Assembly: GCF_026571515.1 (NCBI RefSeq)
Contig: NW_026854157.1
Span: 372,001-436,000, forward strand
Direction of reading: 5' to 3'
Length of the DNA stretch: 64,000 nt
DNA from: Ruditapes philippinarum
Lineage: Eukaryota
Both the position numbers and the translations under genes were made by a program. Shown piece by piece: positions 23,874 to 38,300 of the stretch; within the stretch, counting starts at the first letter, position 1, and the number at the start of each line of letters is the position of its first letter. The notes beneath the pieces were generated by a model that made no database searches, was not told the DNA's origin, and saw only the letters and a list, made by a program, of their open reading frames with translations.

Positions 23874-25988
23874 TTTACATGTTCGCAGAGTGATGTTGTG
23901 TGGTTTACATTATGACAACACCAAACGAAAACATTGGACTGTGATAGAAAAAAATAGAAACAAGTGGCTCGGGTTTGAGGGTAGGGGTTAATTTGCGTTA
24001 ATTTCTCACGTTTCAGCTGGCTCGTTCACACATTTTGGTATCACACAAATAAGTAAATAACATCTTTGGTGGTGTTTGTTTAAATTTATTGCATAACTCA
24101 GTTTAAAAATGTTTTCAAACATCCATTACCTCACATCAATAAAAAATTGAAAAAAAAACTCGATAAATTATTTTTGCGGTCTTGGTGCAAACATTTGAAA
24201 AAAGAAGAAAGAGAAGTGAAATATTAGAAAAATAACAAGTAAAATGTAGCAAACTAAGAAATAACAAGTTGTCTTTTCTGATAAAGAAATATGTATTTAA
24301 TAAAACCAATCAACACACAAGCAATTATAGTTGTAACATTTCACTGCCACAGTGTTCAATTTGTAAGTTTCAATATATAAATTGATACAAAAGGTCGGAA
24401 AAGGAAATTAACGATGAAATAAAACAGATATGTATATGTATATTTATTCCACTTCACTGTTTTACTGACATTGGGCAACACCTTTTAGTACGATGGATGT
24501 TCCATCAATGCGTAACAAAGCAGGCCATACTAAGTAATCAATGAGTTTCCCTGTTTTAGTAAAGGCTCTGTACATTTCTGTTGAGAAAATGTCTCTATTT
24601 GTGGTATTGTCGCTTTGAATTTTCAGTTTGTCTTTGTTCTCATATATTTCCCAACACACGTCAAAACATTTGTTTATGTAAGATCTGACAGCACCGTAAC
24701 CTGTTGCAATTTTGGTATCTTGCGACTTCAAATATTTTAAGTATTTCTGAAATAAAAATATATCTCATTACATCCAGACCTGTAATTCATATATGAAATA
24801 CAGAAAACTTTGTTAGGGAACTTGTATGTTCCTTGTAAAGGAACACATCATCGCCAATCTTTACATGGACACGAGTATTTGATAAAATGTAACTTCAGTA
24901 TGTTTTAATGTTAACTCCTTTGCAACATGTGCGAATAGCAATGGACCTAATATTTCTTCTTGCTTTATTTCTCTTGTGTCATCGGAACAGTGAGATAAGT
25001 AAGACAATGATGTTTACTGTTACAGTATATACATTTTGCTTAACAAAATATATGCAACAAAAAGGTGACTGATTATTATATGATAAGGAGGTAAAGCAAA
25101 ATATACCAGAATATACCAAGAAGTGAAATCTAATTCAACATTGTATCACGTTACCATTTCAGTACGAGACGTGTGCTGTATGTAGATACCCACATATGCA
25201 CATAAAAAGGAAAATACGTGCGTGGGAGGTGAAGGACAATCATACAAAAAAAAACTTAAAAAAAGAGTCAAGAAGGATATTGAACTAATGAAATTTGTTT
25301 GCTCAGTTCTTGATCAAAATACTAAGTTATCTTGATTGAACTTAAGTCCAAAAACATATTACTTACTTCAAGGGCAGATTCTTTTGTTGGCTGTCTTATT
25401 CTGAACTGTTTCCCTTCTTTCTCATTTTCAATATATTGCATAGCGTCCTAAAAAAGAGAAATTTGTCACTAAAAGCCCTATAAATGAAATATTTTTTGTA
25501 GCCATCACGCTCTTTAAAGTTTTAGCTAAACCTGCATATTCTTCGGAAAAGAATTACATGTGTACTACTAGATAAACAACTTGAACTGCAATAAATGAGA
25601 TCGCAAAATCAATCGGTTTGTATGGCACTGAAAATCAACAATAATATATTTAACTGTATATTTTGTAGTTGAATCGTTAAAAGTTCTGAAATATTACAAA
25701 AATCTTATAAATAAATCCATTGCGGTTGTATATTTATCAAAGTTAAAGTCACTCCTGCTTACAAAGAGCATCTTTTTTAGAATCATTACTATTTCCTTCT
25801 CGTCCTTGATTATTTTGTCTAATTCTTCAAATGCATGTGAATGATGTGTATCATAAAGCTCATTGTATGAATCCAAAATGTCTTTGATGTCAGCGGTATC
25901 CTTTGTTTTGAGGTTTGCAGAAAGCTGTATAATTTCTTTACGCATGCTAAAAAATACCTTAAATACTTTAATTTGATATAGATGTTTT

Positions 25989-28900
25989 AGTTTAAACATA
26001 TTTTATTCATCAATTTTTACAAGCATGTAACATTTTTACATCACAATATATATGGATTAGAAAACAAGCATAACACTTATATTAATTCCTTTCCATGATG
26101 GAGTTTCGTCTTTGTTATTTCACTTTATATGATCAGTGCATGTTTTTAAGTTCAAAATTGATCTAAATTTATAATTTTTCGGAAGGTTTTACTTGATTTT
26201 TTGTTTATTCATTTTCCTTTTTAATAAAAAAAAAAAGAGAGAAGAAAATAAAAATAATAATAACAATAAAAAAAAAAGTTGTGTCACACAGTTTGTCATG
26301 GAAATACGATGTTTAAAACGCTGAGTCGGGAATTATGAATCGAAACGCTTTGATGCTTCAATGAAGCTCTGGACAAGTGTGAACAGATTCTGATTGATGT
26401 CCATACTTAGGCGATCATTGCCGAAAAGAAGATTATTAAGGGTTGGGGCACAGGGTAGGTCGTCAAAGAATTGCTGACGTAGGATATGGTACTTAGGACA
26501 ACTGAGCAGAAAGTGGGAAACAGTTTCTATGGCACCACATGTACACAAAGGAGACGAGATTAAGTTTCTCCTATGTAATTCGAAATTAAGAGAGCTGCAT
26601 CCAAGTCTGAGACGTGTATGGTTTACTTGGTTTTTCCTGCTGCCAAAATTATACAGGTGTTTTTTCTTATTAGACGACATATTTCTGTAGTTGAGTTTGT
26701 ATTTGAAAGCACTTACTGTGGATGCATTTTTAATATTTCCAGGTAAAGAATTCCACTGGCGAATAGTATACGGAAGAAAAGAAGTAGCATATGATTGGGA
26801 GTTGCAGTGTATTAATGGGATATCGGTGTTAGAGCGAAGAGTGTAGGGTTGATTAAAATGTTCTGGTATCAGACCAGAGAGATAATCAGGAGCGAGACCA
26901 TTTTTCATTTTATACATAAGTACGAGACGATGTTTTCTTCTCCTTTCTGCGAGTGTATCCCAAATGAGGTCGCTAATTAATTTGTTGATGTTGCAAAACT
27001 TAGTAGCTCCTGTGACGATTCTTGCTGCTTCATGCTGAACTGATTCAATATCATTTTTTAGTTCATTACTACAGTTATCCCACATCACGTCGGCATACTC
27101 AAGCAAAGGTCTAATAAAGGCTACATATAATTTCTCCAATCCCGCTCTAGAAATAAGAAATTTCAGACTTCGAAGAATACCAATTCTCTGCCAAGCTTTA
27201 TTAACATTTGATGTTATATGTGATGTCCATTTACCATTTTCAGAAAAGATGACACCAAGGTGCTTGTGTTCTTTAACACTAGAAATGTTCACATTTATCA
27301 AAGACTAGACAAGGGTGTTGGGGTTTGTTTCGTTTTCTTGAGAAAAGGACATGTTCTGTTTTTGAGGGATTAAATGAGACAAGCCAAGTTTTTGACCACA
27401 CAGAAATTTTTGAAAGATCGCAATTCAATATTGCAGCAGAAGAGTTGGGATCTTCGACAATGATGTAGAGACTAGTGTCGTCAGCAAAAAGTCGAATGTT
27501 TGCTTCAATATCAGTGACTATGTCATTAATGTATATTAGAAACAGGAGAGGGCCTAAGATGGACCCCTGAGGTACTCCAGCATTGATATTTAAAAGTGTT
27601 GAAGAAGTATTTGATACGATGACTCTTTGTTTTCTGTCAGCAAGATAAGATGAGAACCACTGAAGAAGAGAACCTTGTATGCCTAAAGAAGAAAGTTTAT
27701 AGAGGAGTCCTTGGTGCCAAACCCTGTCGAAAGCTTTTGATATATCACAAAATACTGCGCGAACTTCTTTTCCTTCATCTAGGGCTTTGCTGATGTCATT
27801 GTAAAGAAAGGTTAGCTGATTTATGGTTGAATCCCCTTTAATGAATCCTGATTGAAATTGTGTTAATAGTTTATTTGAAATGATATGGTTATACAAGTAT
27901 TTATGGATGCATCTTTCCATAACTTTTCCGAGACAGCTTAAAAGAGATATAGGTCTGTAGTTACATGTTTTAGAAGGATCGGACTTTTTATAAATAGGAC
28001 AAACATTGGCAAGTTTCCAGGAGGAGGGAAATACAGATTTTAAAAGAAGTTTGTTGAAAAACCTTGCAAGTGGTGAAGCTAGTTCATCCTTACCTTCCTT
28101 AATGAGCCTTGGGCTAATTAAGTCCGGACCAGATGCTTTAGCTGAGTCCATAGAGTTGATAGAGTCCTTAACGTCTTGAGTAGTGACTGTTACACCAGAA
28201 ATGAGGACGTTTGTAATGATTTCAAGAGGTGGAAGGGGATGGTGTGGGTTTTCGATGGTTGATTGTTTGCTAAAATAGGTGTTTAGAAGGTCAGCTTTCT
28301 CTTTGTTTGATTCCGCTATTGCTGAGCCATCTGTAAGTGTTGGTATTGTTGATGTACTTTGTTTATTTGTTAATTTTTTGCAAGTTTAAACCATGTTTTT
28401 GCTGTGATGTTGTCTGAATTAATCTGTGTAGTTAAGTTATTTTGATAATCTGATTTAGTTTTTTTTATAAGTTTTGTGGTTTCATTCCTAATTTTTCGAA
28501 AGTTAGCCCAGGCATTTTCATTATTAAGTAATTTAGCTCTTTGATGAAGTTTCCTACGTTTTCTTATTTGTTTTTTGACATCATTATTTATCCAAGGTAC
28601 GTCATTTGGCCGGATAGTTACTATTCTGTTTGGGATGCTTTCAGATGCTGCGTTAAGAATGTTTTGGGCGATACAATCTGCAATATTATCTGGGTTTTGA
28701 TCGTTGTCAATGAATGACCAGTCAATTGAACTAAGTTTTTCGTTATATTTTTGATACTCACCTTTATCGTAGATCCAAATTTTACGACGAAAACAGTTTT
28801 GTTGTGGTTTGGTAAAATTAAGTACTGACACTATTGGACAGTGAAACCTAACTAGGTCAGAGAGAAATGGGTCAGCAACAAAAGACGTGAGAACATGATG

Positions 28901-29582
28901 AGATTTTTTAATGAACATAAGATCAATAAGTGAATTAGAACTTTCTGTGTAATGCGTAGGAGAGTTTATTAGTTGTTCGCAATTTAAAGAATGTATAAGT
29001 CTTGTCATTTTGTTTGAAGGGTTGGCAAGTACGTTAATATTAAAGTCACCAGCTACTAAGATATTATCAACGTGTTGATTAAGTGCCTGATCAAGCAAGT
29101 ATTCCATTTTTAACCATTGTGTATTATTTGAATTCGGAGGTCGATATATACCCCCAACAATTAATTTACGTTGACATATATGTATTTCAGTCCAGAGTGC
29201 TTCTACACCTTGCACTTGCAGATCTTTCCTTTCAATAGCGTGTAAAGAATCACGGACATAAATAGCTACACCACCGCCTATACGATCGATTCTGTCACAA
29301 CGGAAGGGTTTACTAAAGTTAGGAATGTAAAGGTCTGTGTCTGTAACATTGTTAGACAGCCACGTTTCTGTGAAAATAAGGATGTCATAAGGTTGGGCCT
29401 CTACAGCTAAAATATCAATCTTTGGCTTCAGGCTTTGGATATTCAAATGCATGATGCTCAGACCTCGGTTAAGGAGAGAAGCATAAGATTCAATAGATGA
29501 ATTTGAAGAGTTGAGTGTGTCAGCGATTACAGGAGGACCAGGATTAAGCTCTATATCGCCGGATTTGTTAATAAGAATCATA
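25989..29582 (-). mobile_element. 5'-truncated CR1/L2-group non-LTR retrotransposon (LINE), ~3.6 kb
   Basis: APE endonuclease and RT ORF; 3' tail AATAAAATATGTTTAAAC; flanked by AGATGTTTT direct repeats (25980-25988 and 29583-29591). The empty site is present in A1 at ~3467-3475. Confidence 0.95.
26333..29581 (-). CDS. LINE ORF2: 2A-like peptide, AP endonuclease, reverse transcriptase and C-terminal Cys/His motif; two single-base frameshifts
   Basis: GDIELNPGP; APE motifs HLNIQSL, FTETWL, GGGVAIY, YRPP, GDFN and SLIDL; RT motifs NYRPISLL, QSGF, DISKAFDRV, GVPQGSILGPLLFLIYIND, LFADD and HLGV; C-terminal CTCG..ETVSHFLLSCP. Frame breaks at ~28375 and ~27295. Confidence 0.93.
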
Positions 29583-29736
29583 AGATGTTTTGGTTTGTTT
29601 TATAATTGTTATATTTTATTTAAGCTATCAATTAAGTTCACGCAGGAGATATCAACAAAATGAAAACATAAATAAAAACATGTAAGAAAGCAAATTAATA
29701 AAGATGAATAAAAAAGATAAATAAACCGGATAAATA

Positions 29737-30771
29737 AACAAGAGGGCCATGATGGCCCTTGATCGCTCACCTGACCCATCGAACTCATCCGAACAATTAC
29801 TTAGACAGGTGAGTCAAAAATGTGACCACTTCAGTTTTAACAAGGACTATCCATATTTGAGCAGTGTGACCTAGTTTTTAACCCAGGTGTCCCATAATCG
29901 AACTAAACCTAGAAATCATTAAACAAACTTTCAGACCAATTTCCAGGATACTTGGATCAAAACAGTAGCCACTAGTGTTAACAAGATTTTTCTATTTTTA
30001 GCTCCGGTGACCTAGTTTTTCATGCGAGATAACCAAAGTCGGAGAAATTACCTAGACAAGCATCCTGACCAAGTTTGATGATAATTGAGTTATAAATGTG
30101 ATCACTAGAATGTTAACAAGGTTTTTACATATTTGGGGTGTGACTTAGTTTTTGACTTCAGGTGACCCATATTCAAATTTGACCTGGAAATCATCAAAGC
30201 AAACTTTCAGACCAATTTTCAGGATATCTGGATCAAAACAGTAGCCACTAGAGTGTTAACAAGATTTTTCTATTTTAGCTCCTGTGACCTAGTTATTGAC
30301 CCCAGGTGACCCATATTCAAACTTGAACTAGAAATCATCAAAGAAAACCTTTAGACTAATTTACAGGATATCTGGATAAAAACAGTTGCAACTAGAGAGT
30401 TAACAAGATTTTTCTATTTTTAGCTCCTGTGACCTAGTTTTTCATCTGAGATGACACTTATTCGAGCAATTACCTAGACAAGCATCCTGACCAAGGTTAA
30501 TGACAATTGAGACAAAAATGTGACAACTAGAATGATAACAAGATTTTGTTATTTTTAGCTCCTGTGACCTAGTTTTTCATCTGAGATGACCCATGTTAAA
30601 CTCAATCGAGCTGTCAACTAGATAAGCATCCTGACAAAGTTTGATGATGATTGAGGCAAAAAAGTGACCGCTAGAGTGTTAATGAACAAGTTTGGACGGA
30701 CGACAGACGACGGACGACGGACATTCAACGAGCCTTAAAGCTCACCCGAGCTAGCTCAGGTGAGCTAAAAA
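29737..30771 (+). mobile_element. HINE/pearl-like element in A2 intron 2 (paralog of 3631-4686)
   Basis: Same termini, internal repeats and position as in A1, so it inserted before the duplication. Confidence 0.8.
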
Positions 30772-33700
30772 GTAAAAAATAAATAATCAAGAAAAACGAA
30801 AGAAACAAAACTAACACAATAAATAAGCGGGTTAATGAATAATAATGAGAAATAATAAATACACCTAATACATACAGAACTGTAGTGAACAAAATTTATA
30901 TCAGTGTGTAAAGTATCTATTTACAAAAGACTTAAATTTGTGTTATTTGACATAAATAAAAGGTATTAATTGAAATGCAAAATATAAACGGCCGTTTAAA
31001 TGTACAAAAATAACCTTGGCCATAGTATTTTCATTAAAAAAAATATTTTATACCTTTGTAATTCATTAGTTTTAGATTCCAATTCGTGTTGTAACTGAAG
31101 AACCTTTTCATCTAACTCGGATATGCATTTATCTTTCGCACGCAAATCCGAATCGTGCTGTTTTATTAGGGCTTTTTTTTTCGTCTTGTGCATTCCAAAG
31201 TTCGTTTTTAAGAAAAAGAATTTCCGTATCTTGATCCTGAAGCATAAAAACTTATTACTTAATCTAATGTTTAACGGACTCATTAACATCATCATCTTTT
31301 ATATTTCAATGTATAAAACTTTTCGTTTTCTTTGATATTAGCAGACACAAAATATGACTGAAAAAAAGTGTTGTAGTATAATGTATCAATCAGAATATTA
31401 CCTTGTTGTGTTATGAAAACTATCATGAAATGAATAAAACATGATTGCTGATCATTCAAAACACTTGCAAATAAAAAAAAGCTTTATTCCAGAAGTATAA
31501 ACACATTAACTTACCTCGGCAATGTATCTGCAATCTTCTAACTGAATTTGTGATTTCACCAATATATCACAAACCTCATTTAATTCGTCGTCCATGAATT
31601 TTGTCCGTTTCCACGATGTATAAAATTGTAAATTGATTGTATATTTACCACTAAAATACTTTTAAAAAGCGCATCGAACCTTTATTAAGACTGTAGTTAC
31701 TCACGGTCTTTTATCTCCGAGATAGGTTTTCTTGTTTCATTTAAAATATGTTTACAACCAATTGATTTTTGAGAAAAGAATGCTTAAATGAGTATATTTG
31801 TAAAATAATAAAGTTCATAAAAAATTATGTAAAACAAGCATTCGACGTTAAATTCCTTTCTAAGTAAAGTCTTAATATAAATACATTTGAAAACTTAAAC
31901 TCTTACCTATCGTGAGGCGATATAAAATGTCAAGGTGACAGCAGTGTGAAATATTAAATCCCAACGAGCTCTTTCAAGTTAAACATGTAAACATTTGTTA
32001 AAAAGCGTATGATATAGTAAAGTATAATGATTGTTACATTAAAACGATTCAAAATGTCTTAAGTTACTGTATCACCTGTATCATCATTTTAGCAATCTTG
32101 CGCCAGTGGAATACAGTTATATTTTTGTCGGTGCGCTTCCGAAAGGATGGTTTCAGAAAATTCAATATGATGACAGAAAAAAGGGGGTAACCGACCTTTT
32201 TTCGAGTTATTTTCATTGCATTTTCTGATTTTAATGTATTGAAGTTAGGGTTTTTTTTCTTCTTCACTTAAGACTATGCAATTTTTTCTTTTAAAAAGTC
32301 TTGATAATTGATAGACAGCCGTGAAATGTTATACTGCGAAGAGCATGAAGCATTTGGCAATGTTTGTCGGACGTATGAATTAGTTATCTGTCTTTGAAAT
32401 AACTGTAAGTAACAAAAACAATCGAATTCATGGGGTGATAACTGGAAGAAATAATTATTTCCTACCTGAAAAGCGGTTGTACATGTATAAATAAACAAAT
32501 CACAATTACATTTAAACTTATCCGGATTCTATCCAAATATTGCAATCTCATTAATGATATGGTGAATACTTTATTAGTACTTAACGTACATATCTTTTTG
32601 GCGGTGGATCAAATGAAAAGCTATGTAAGATCGAAGTATAGTGCGAGTATCGATCAGTTAACATTAAACAAGATAATCTAATTTCATTCAAACATGTGTC
32701 AAAAGATATAATGCAATCTTAAACTTGCATGACTACGTAGTTATTTGTCAGATTTTACTAAACAAACATTGCTTACTAAAATCGACCTTAATAGCGGCAT
32801 GATCATTCAATGTACCGTGTTAATGTTTCTTCTTTGAAAATTTAAAAACAAATTCAATGTTGCATTAACTTTGTTCGAAAATAAGATAAAATACATGAAA
32901 TTTATTTATTCCCGTAAGTATCGACTCCATTCATATAATTTAGGTACAACAATATAACATAGTGTTTCTTAATGTAAACAATATACCCGTGTGTTAGTAT
33001 TATTCAATGCAATTGTCTTGATTAGAATATATCATCAAAGCTACCGGTTGGGCATAGGAACTATTATATATTTCAACAAAACTACATTTGGCCGACGGTT
33101 AGTCTTTCTTTCTGCCTTTTCCTCACACAAAAGATGTTTAACAGCGTCTTCATTTAATATGAACTAAATAATTTGATTCTATTTAATCTGGTGATTAAAA
33201 GATTATCGTCACAAATCTATTATTAACAAGGTGGCGCAGTCGTTAAAATAGTAAGTAATTTCTATTATACGCAAAATCTTTAGTTGAAATCGTGAATTCA
33301 CGAAAAAAACATAAATATGAATTCGCGAAGATGAAGTTGGGAATTCGTGTGGTTGAAATGTCCCCGTCGGTCATTCTTAATATTGACATTTGCACGACAA
33401 CGTAGGTCTTATGGTTAAATTTTTTTTGTTTTCTGTTCTCTTTAGAATGTATCAAGTCATTACTTACCTATGTGTATTGAGTTTTCTTTTTTAATCTAAC
33501 TGGGCTTGCTAAAACATATGGTTTTTAGCACATAGTCCAAGGTTGATAGACATAAATACCAGTTATTAGTGATCATAACGTACTTGTATATATCTCAAAA
33601 CAACGATTGGAAAGACTACTACTTTATATTATTTAATAAGTCGAGGCAGTAAGGTTGCTATGGTCCAGGTCATGTTTAAACGCCATTATAATAGTAAATA

Positions 33701-34789
33701 TTGAGCGATGTCAGTGCATATCTCGATACTATAATAACTTCCTTTTTAAAGCTGCACAGCTTTCAATGGTATTCACGCTGTATTTTCGTATTACATTAAT
33801 TTCAGCTTCTTAATCCTTGTCTTGTGAAAAGGATTGTTTTATTTTTATTGTTATTATCATTATTATGCACTTCACGGTTATGACATATTTTTTTTAAAAT
33901 TGTGACAATATAGTTTTAAATCATCAGTCAATCGATTACATATTACACTGCCTTTGCAGCTTTGTGAATACTTTAACGTTACTTCACTAAGAAAGTGAAC
34001 GATAGTGAAACAGTTGAGCAATACATAGGAGACTAGTAACATATAGTTAAAATACGTTTTTGAAAGTCCGATCGTTTGCGACATTAAGTTTCGAGGATTG
34101 ACACAATTAATGTCACTCTCGATAACATTATTTTTGTTCTAAACATTCATATTGTTCTCTACTTTATTGAACAGTTGTCTGAGTCAGTACACATTCAATA
34201 GTGAAGTCACAACTTTCTGTGTAAAAGGGAAATAATTGATGCGTGAGTAAAATGGAAGATCTAAGCATTTATTTGCCCTTATATGAAAATCTAAATAATT
34301 GGCGCGACAATATTACCAGACAGTCACGTGCACACACTCGGTCAAGTGTCAAATATGTTACAAATGGGTGAAATACAAACATATATTTCGGGTAAAAGCA
34401 TCGTATCTTTCGTATTGCTTTAAACTTTAGTTTTGCAAAATGAAACGTTTATATGAATATGTGATAATTTTAATAAATTAAGGTGAGCTATGAAATTCTC
34501 TCATATTGAATTGAAACATTCCATGCCATAATAGAATCATTATTAATAAAAAGATGCTGCACACCATTTGTATTTGACTTGTTTTACTTCAAACTTTAAT
34601 ATAATTGTTAAAGAGAAACACGACAAAAATACTTTTATTTTTTTATTTCTCACCGAATCAATGCACTCATATAAAACACTTCAAGTAATTAAATAGATTT
34701 TACTGCATTGTGTTTATCATTTCTTATTATAATACATAATACAATAACAACTATGATTCTGTTTAAAGTATATTCATCAAATTTTGCAG

Positions 34790-34928
34790 AGACCATCTAT
34801 GAACCGTGCGGCAGCTATATAGATTTCTCACATGAACAAATCCAAACTCGTTGTCGGGATTTGAGTCTACAGCGGTGAGGAGCAAGTGGTTCGACGTAAA
34901 CGGCCTTAAACACTCGACCACGGACGCC
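34790..34928 (-). mobile_element. Degenerate tRNA-derived SINE head (paralog of 8795-8920)
   Basis: The reverse complement reads GTCCGTGGTCGAGTGTTTAAGGCCGTTTACGTCGAACCACTTGCTCCTCACCGCTGTAGACTC. Confidence 0.65.
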
Positions 34929-35317
34929 GATACAGACAAAAGTAAACATACTACAGCAGATAGAAGACCAATACAGACATGTGTATAAGTATTCCGTATA
35001 TAACATATATGTTAATATAATCTAAAATAATAAAAAAATGAAGGCTACTTAATAGTAAAATTTTAGTAGTAAAATACATATTTGTTATTAAAAGCAACTT
35101 TTTAATTCAAATTTTCTGTTGTTAAATAAATATCTATTTCTATATTCAACATAGTCACTTAAAAGAAACAAATAATGATAAGTACAACACATATGTTTTA
35201 CTAATCTTATTTATAGTTGACATTCAATTTTCTTCATGGATGGTCATTAAGTGACATACAGTTAATAAAGTTTGAACCTTTAATTTGAAATTAAATATTA
35301 TACATATCGACATCTCT

Positions 35318-38300
35318 TTATCTCCAAGCATACCGGGGTGTTACTGTTTTCTGTGTGTAAACAGTTTTACTACGATAACGTGATGACGTTCCAGGCCTTA
35401 CTTTAGTCTCGTGATGACTAATGCTCGCCTGATAGTCATTGTACGGTTGCTTGTACTTATCATAACCCTGCGTATATGTTTTATATTGACTTGCATTATT
35501 CAGATCGCTTAGAGAATAATCAGATGTGTCATGTCCATGCGGTGGGCTGTTATCAATTCTCCAGTCGTAGTCGTTGTCTGTTCCGGAAATTCTATGATGA
35601 TCTGTTGCTTTTGTTGAGTATAGTCTATCAATATCATATGATGTCTTATCATCTTTATACACCTTGTGGTTTCGGTCTGGGCTAGAAAATAAGTCATCCG
35701 TTTCATCTGAATTGAGATGTCTTTCATACAGGTTCGGTGCGCATTTTGTTCGCTGCGAATGATCTTCTTTTCCTTGAGCAACTCCTTTGTAAAGAACTGC
35801 ACCTCCTTTATGCAGTAAAAGAGCAGGCCAAACAACATACGCAACAGTGTTGCCACTTTTCGTGTATGCTTCGTATAAATCCGTATCGAAAACATCTCCT
35901 TGCCTTACATCGGGACCAAAGCACATAGGGGGGTCTTGAACCTAAAATGATGATAATTTGATATCATGAAAAGTTGATAATATTTGAAATAATATTTTGG
36001 ACTCAACAAGATAGATAAACAATTAGAATACTATAATTATAATCAATTAATTTAAGCTACATTTATAAATATGTAAGGCATATTGTTTGTCAGCCTAAAA
36101 TCAAAGCATTCTGCAGTTTAAATTGCAGTATTAATGTAAGTGTTATAAAATATTGTTAAGAATTATTTTTTTAATAAAAGGAAAACTCAATTTAATTTCG
36201 CCGAAATGAAGTTGCAGGCATTTACGCTAATAAAACTAATTGTAGTCGAGTCTTGGTAACACAAAAAAAGAAAGAAAGAAAAGAACGGCAGTCGATATAA
36301 AACTCATTTTATTAACGAGATGTAGATATTTTAGGAGTTTTTATTGTAAAATCCACACATCCGACTTACATCGCTTTTATTGGGAAGTCAAAGTAACATG
36401 GTCGGGAAAATATCTGAGAAGCACAAAAAATGTTTATTATGTTTGTAAACAGCAAAGTTGACGCAGGAATTGAAATAATATAATGTTTAATCATGTTTGT
36501 TCCTTTAACTTTCAAACTTTTAAAAAATATAACAATAGCTATGATTTTAATCAAAAGTGTTGCTTCTTTTAAAATACGAAATTAAAATCCACCCAATATC
36601 ATATTTTCCAGGAGCGTTACAATATTGTTATAATTTTGATATTCACCGCATACCCAAAATGATTCTATTAATATAATTATGAAGTCCGTGTAAGTAAGTC
36701 AACAGAAATGCAATTGACGTTTTGTTGTTTTTTTTTTAAAAAGAATGTCAAATGTTGGTTTCTAATGAGTTGTTGATTTGACGTACTATATAAAACAAGA
36801 TCAGTAAACTTTTTTCTGCGAAACAGTCCTTTATTACCTAAAACAACGCGGTATAAGATATGCTATGTAAAACATAGATTATTGAAATAGTGATAATTTT
36901 TTTCTTACTGCCATTAGCCAGCATAAGTTGAAACACGCCTCGAAATATTTCGGCACAAGTCTGGCTTTTTGAGCGACAATTGATGTGGAATATCTCAGGT
37001 CTTCAAAGTGTTTCTATAATTGCGCAGAGACATAAAGTGTTAAACAACGAATGAATTGAGTAACAACATTTGAAATTGTAAAACATTATTTAACCAAGGA
37101 AATAAGTGTTTCAGACGCAGGAGATCATGCTTAGAGAATAGAAAATCATTCTAATTAAGTGTGCAGTGATGCAGGTCCCGTTAAACATGCATAGTCATTT
37201 TATAGAAACTGTTATTTTTGTCAATTAGTGTACATCACTTTAGATACAGCGACAAATATTCATTTTGTACATGTAACCAACATCAAATTTAAGGCTTAAT
37301 GGAATAGAAATGTATCCTAAAGAAAATCGTTTTTACCTACAATGTCAATGTGACCTTTGACCCCTTGACCCCAAAATCAATAGGAGTCATCTACTGGTCA
37401 TGACCAATCACCATACCAAGTTTAAAGTTCCTAGGCCTAAGCGTTCTTTAGTTATTGATCGGAAACCGTTTTTACCAACAAGGTCAATATTACCTTGACA
37501 TCTCACCCCTTGACCCAAAAATTAATAGGGGTCATCTACTGGTCATGACCAATCATCATACCGAGTTTGAAGTTCCTAGGCCTAAGGGTTCTTTAGTTAT
37601 CACTCGGAAACCATTTGGTCTACGGACCGATGGACCGACGGACCGACAAATGCAAAGCAATATACCCCCTCTTCTTTGAAGAGGGGGCATAATTATGTGA
37701 AGTTGAGATGTAATGGATTTATCGTACTCAAGTAACTATTTTTTTCATTTTGGCCGTATGTAAAATAAAAATCAATAAAGGTGAGATTTTACATATTAAG
37801 GATGACCAGGTGTAAATGTGTTTACGAGAGGGAGAATTGATCAAAACAGAATACCTTACACACTTGTTTCGCGGAATAAACAGCCACTTTTTTCCTGCAT
37901 TCCTTCAATGGCTTGCTAATACTTGAAATTACTTTAGCATTCACCTACAGTTGAAACAATAGACGTCAGTTTTCTAGTAGTAAAAAATATCTTATATGTA
38001 TATACAATCAAACAAATTTAACGAAAATAATACTAAGCTTTCTTATTCTATATAATGACAAAGTAACACTTTCTACTGCAAAGAAGGACATATACGTTTG
38101 AATTGTATGAAAACAATTGGAAAACATTTGGTTATGCGTTTACATTTACTTAACTTTGTTTGACAAGTATATTGTCTGCTTTGTCGATTACAATAGGACT
38201 TCTCTTACTGCTGCTTTTTTGATCAAAAGAATATTTTATGTAGTAATATTGCCATCCGATTTAAATATTGGTATTGAAATGAATGCCATGATGTTAGCCT

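Larger units (their letters stand above)
24462..31595 (-). pseudogene. Short MIEAP-domain-like gene copy A2: +1 frameshift in exon 2 as assembled, LINE in intron 2
   Basis: Exons 31595-31515, 31236-31054 (183 nt vs 182 in A1; A9 run at 31173-31181), 25946-25763, 25447-25367 and 24746-24462. The last exon differs from A1 at only 5 of 285 nt. The gene could be intact if the homopolymer length is an assembly error. Confidence 0.75.

Noticed and set aside
24462-25946. Positive selection between A1 and A2
   Set aside because: Exons 3 and 5 show mostly non-synonymous changes but exon 4 has several synonymous ones. The counts are too small and fit neutrality.
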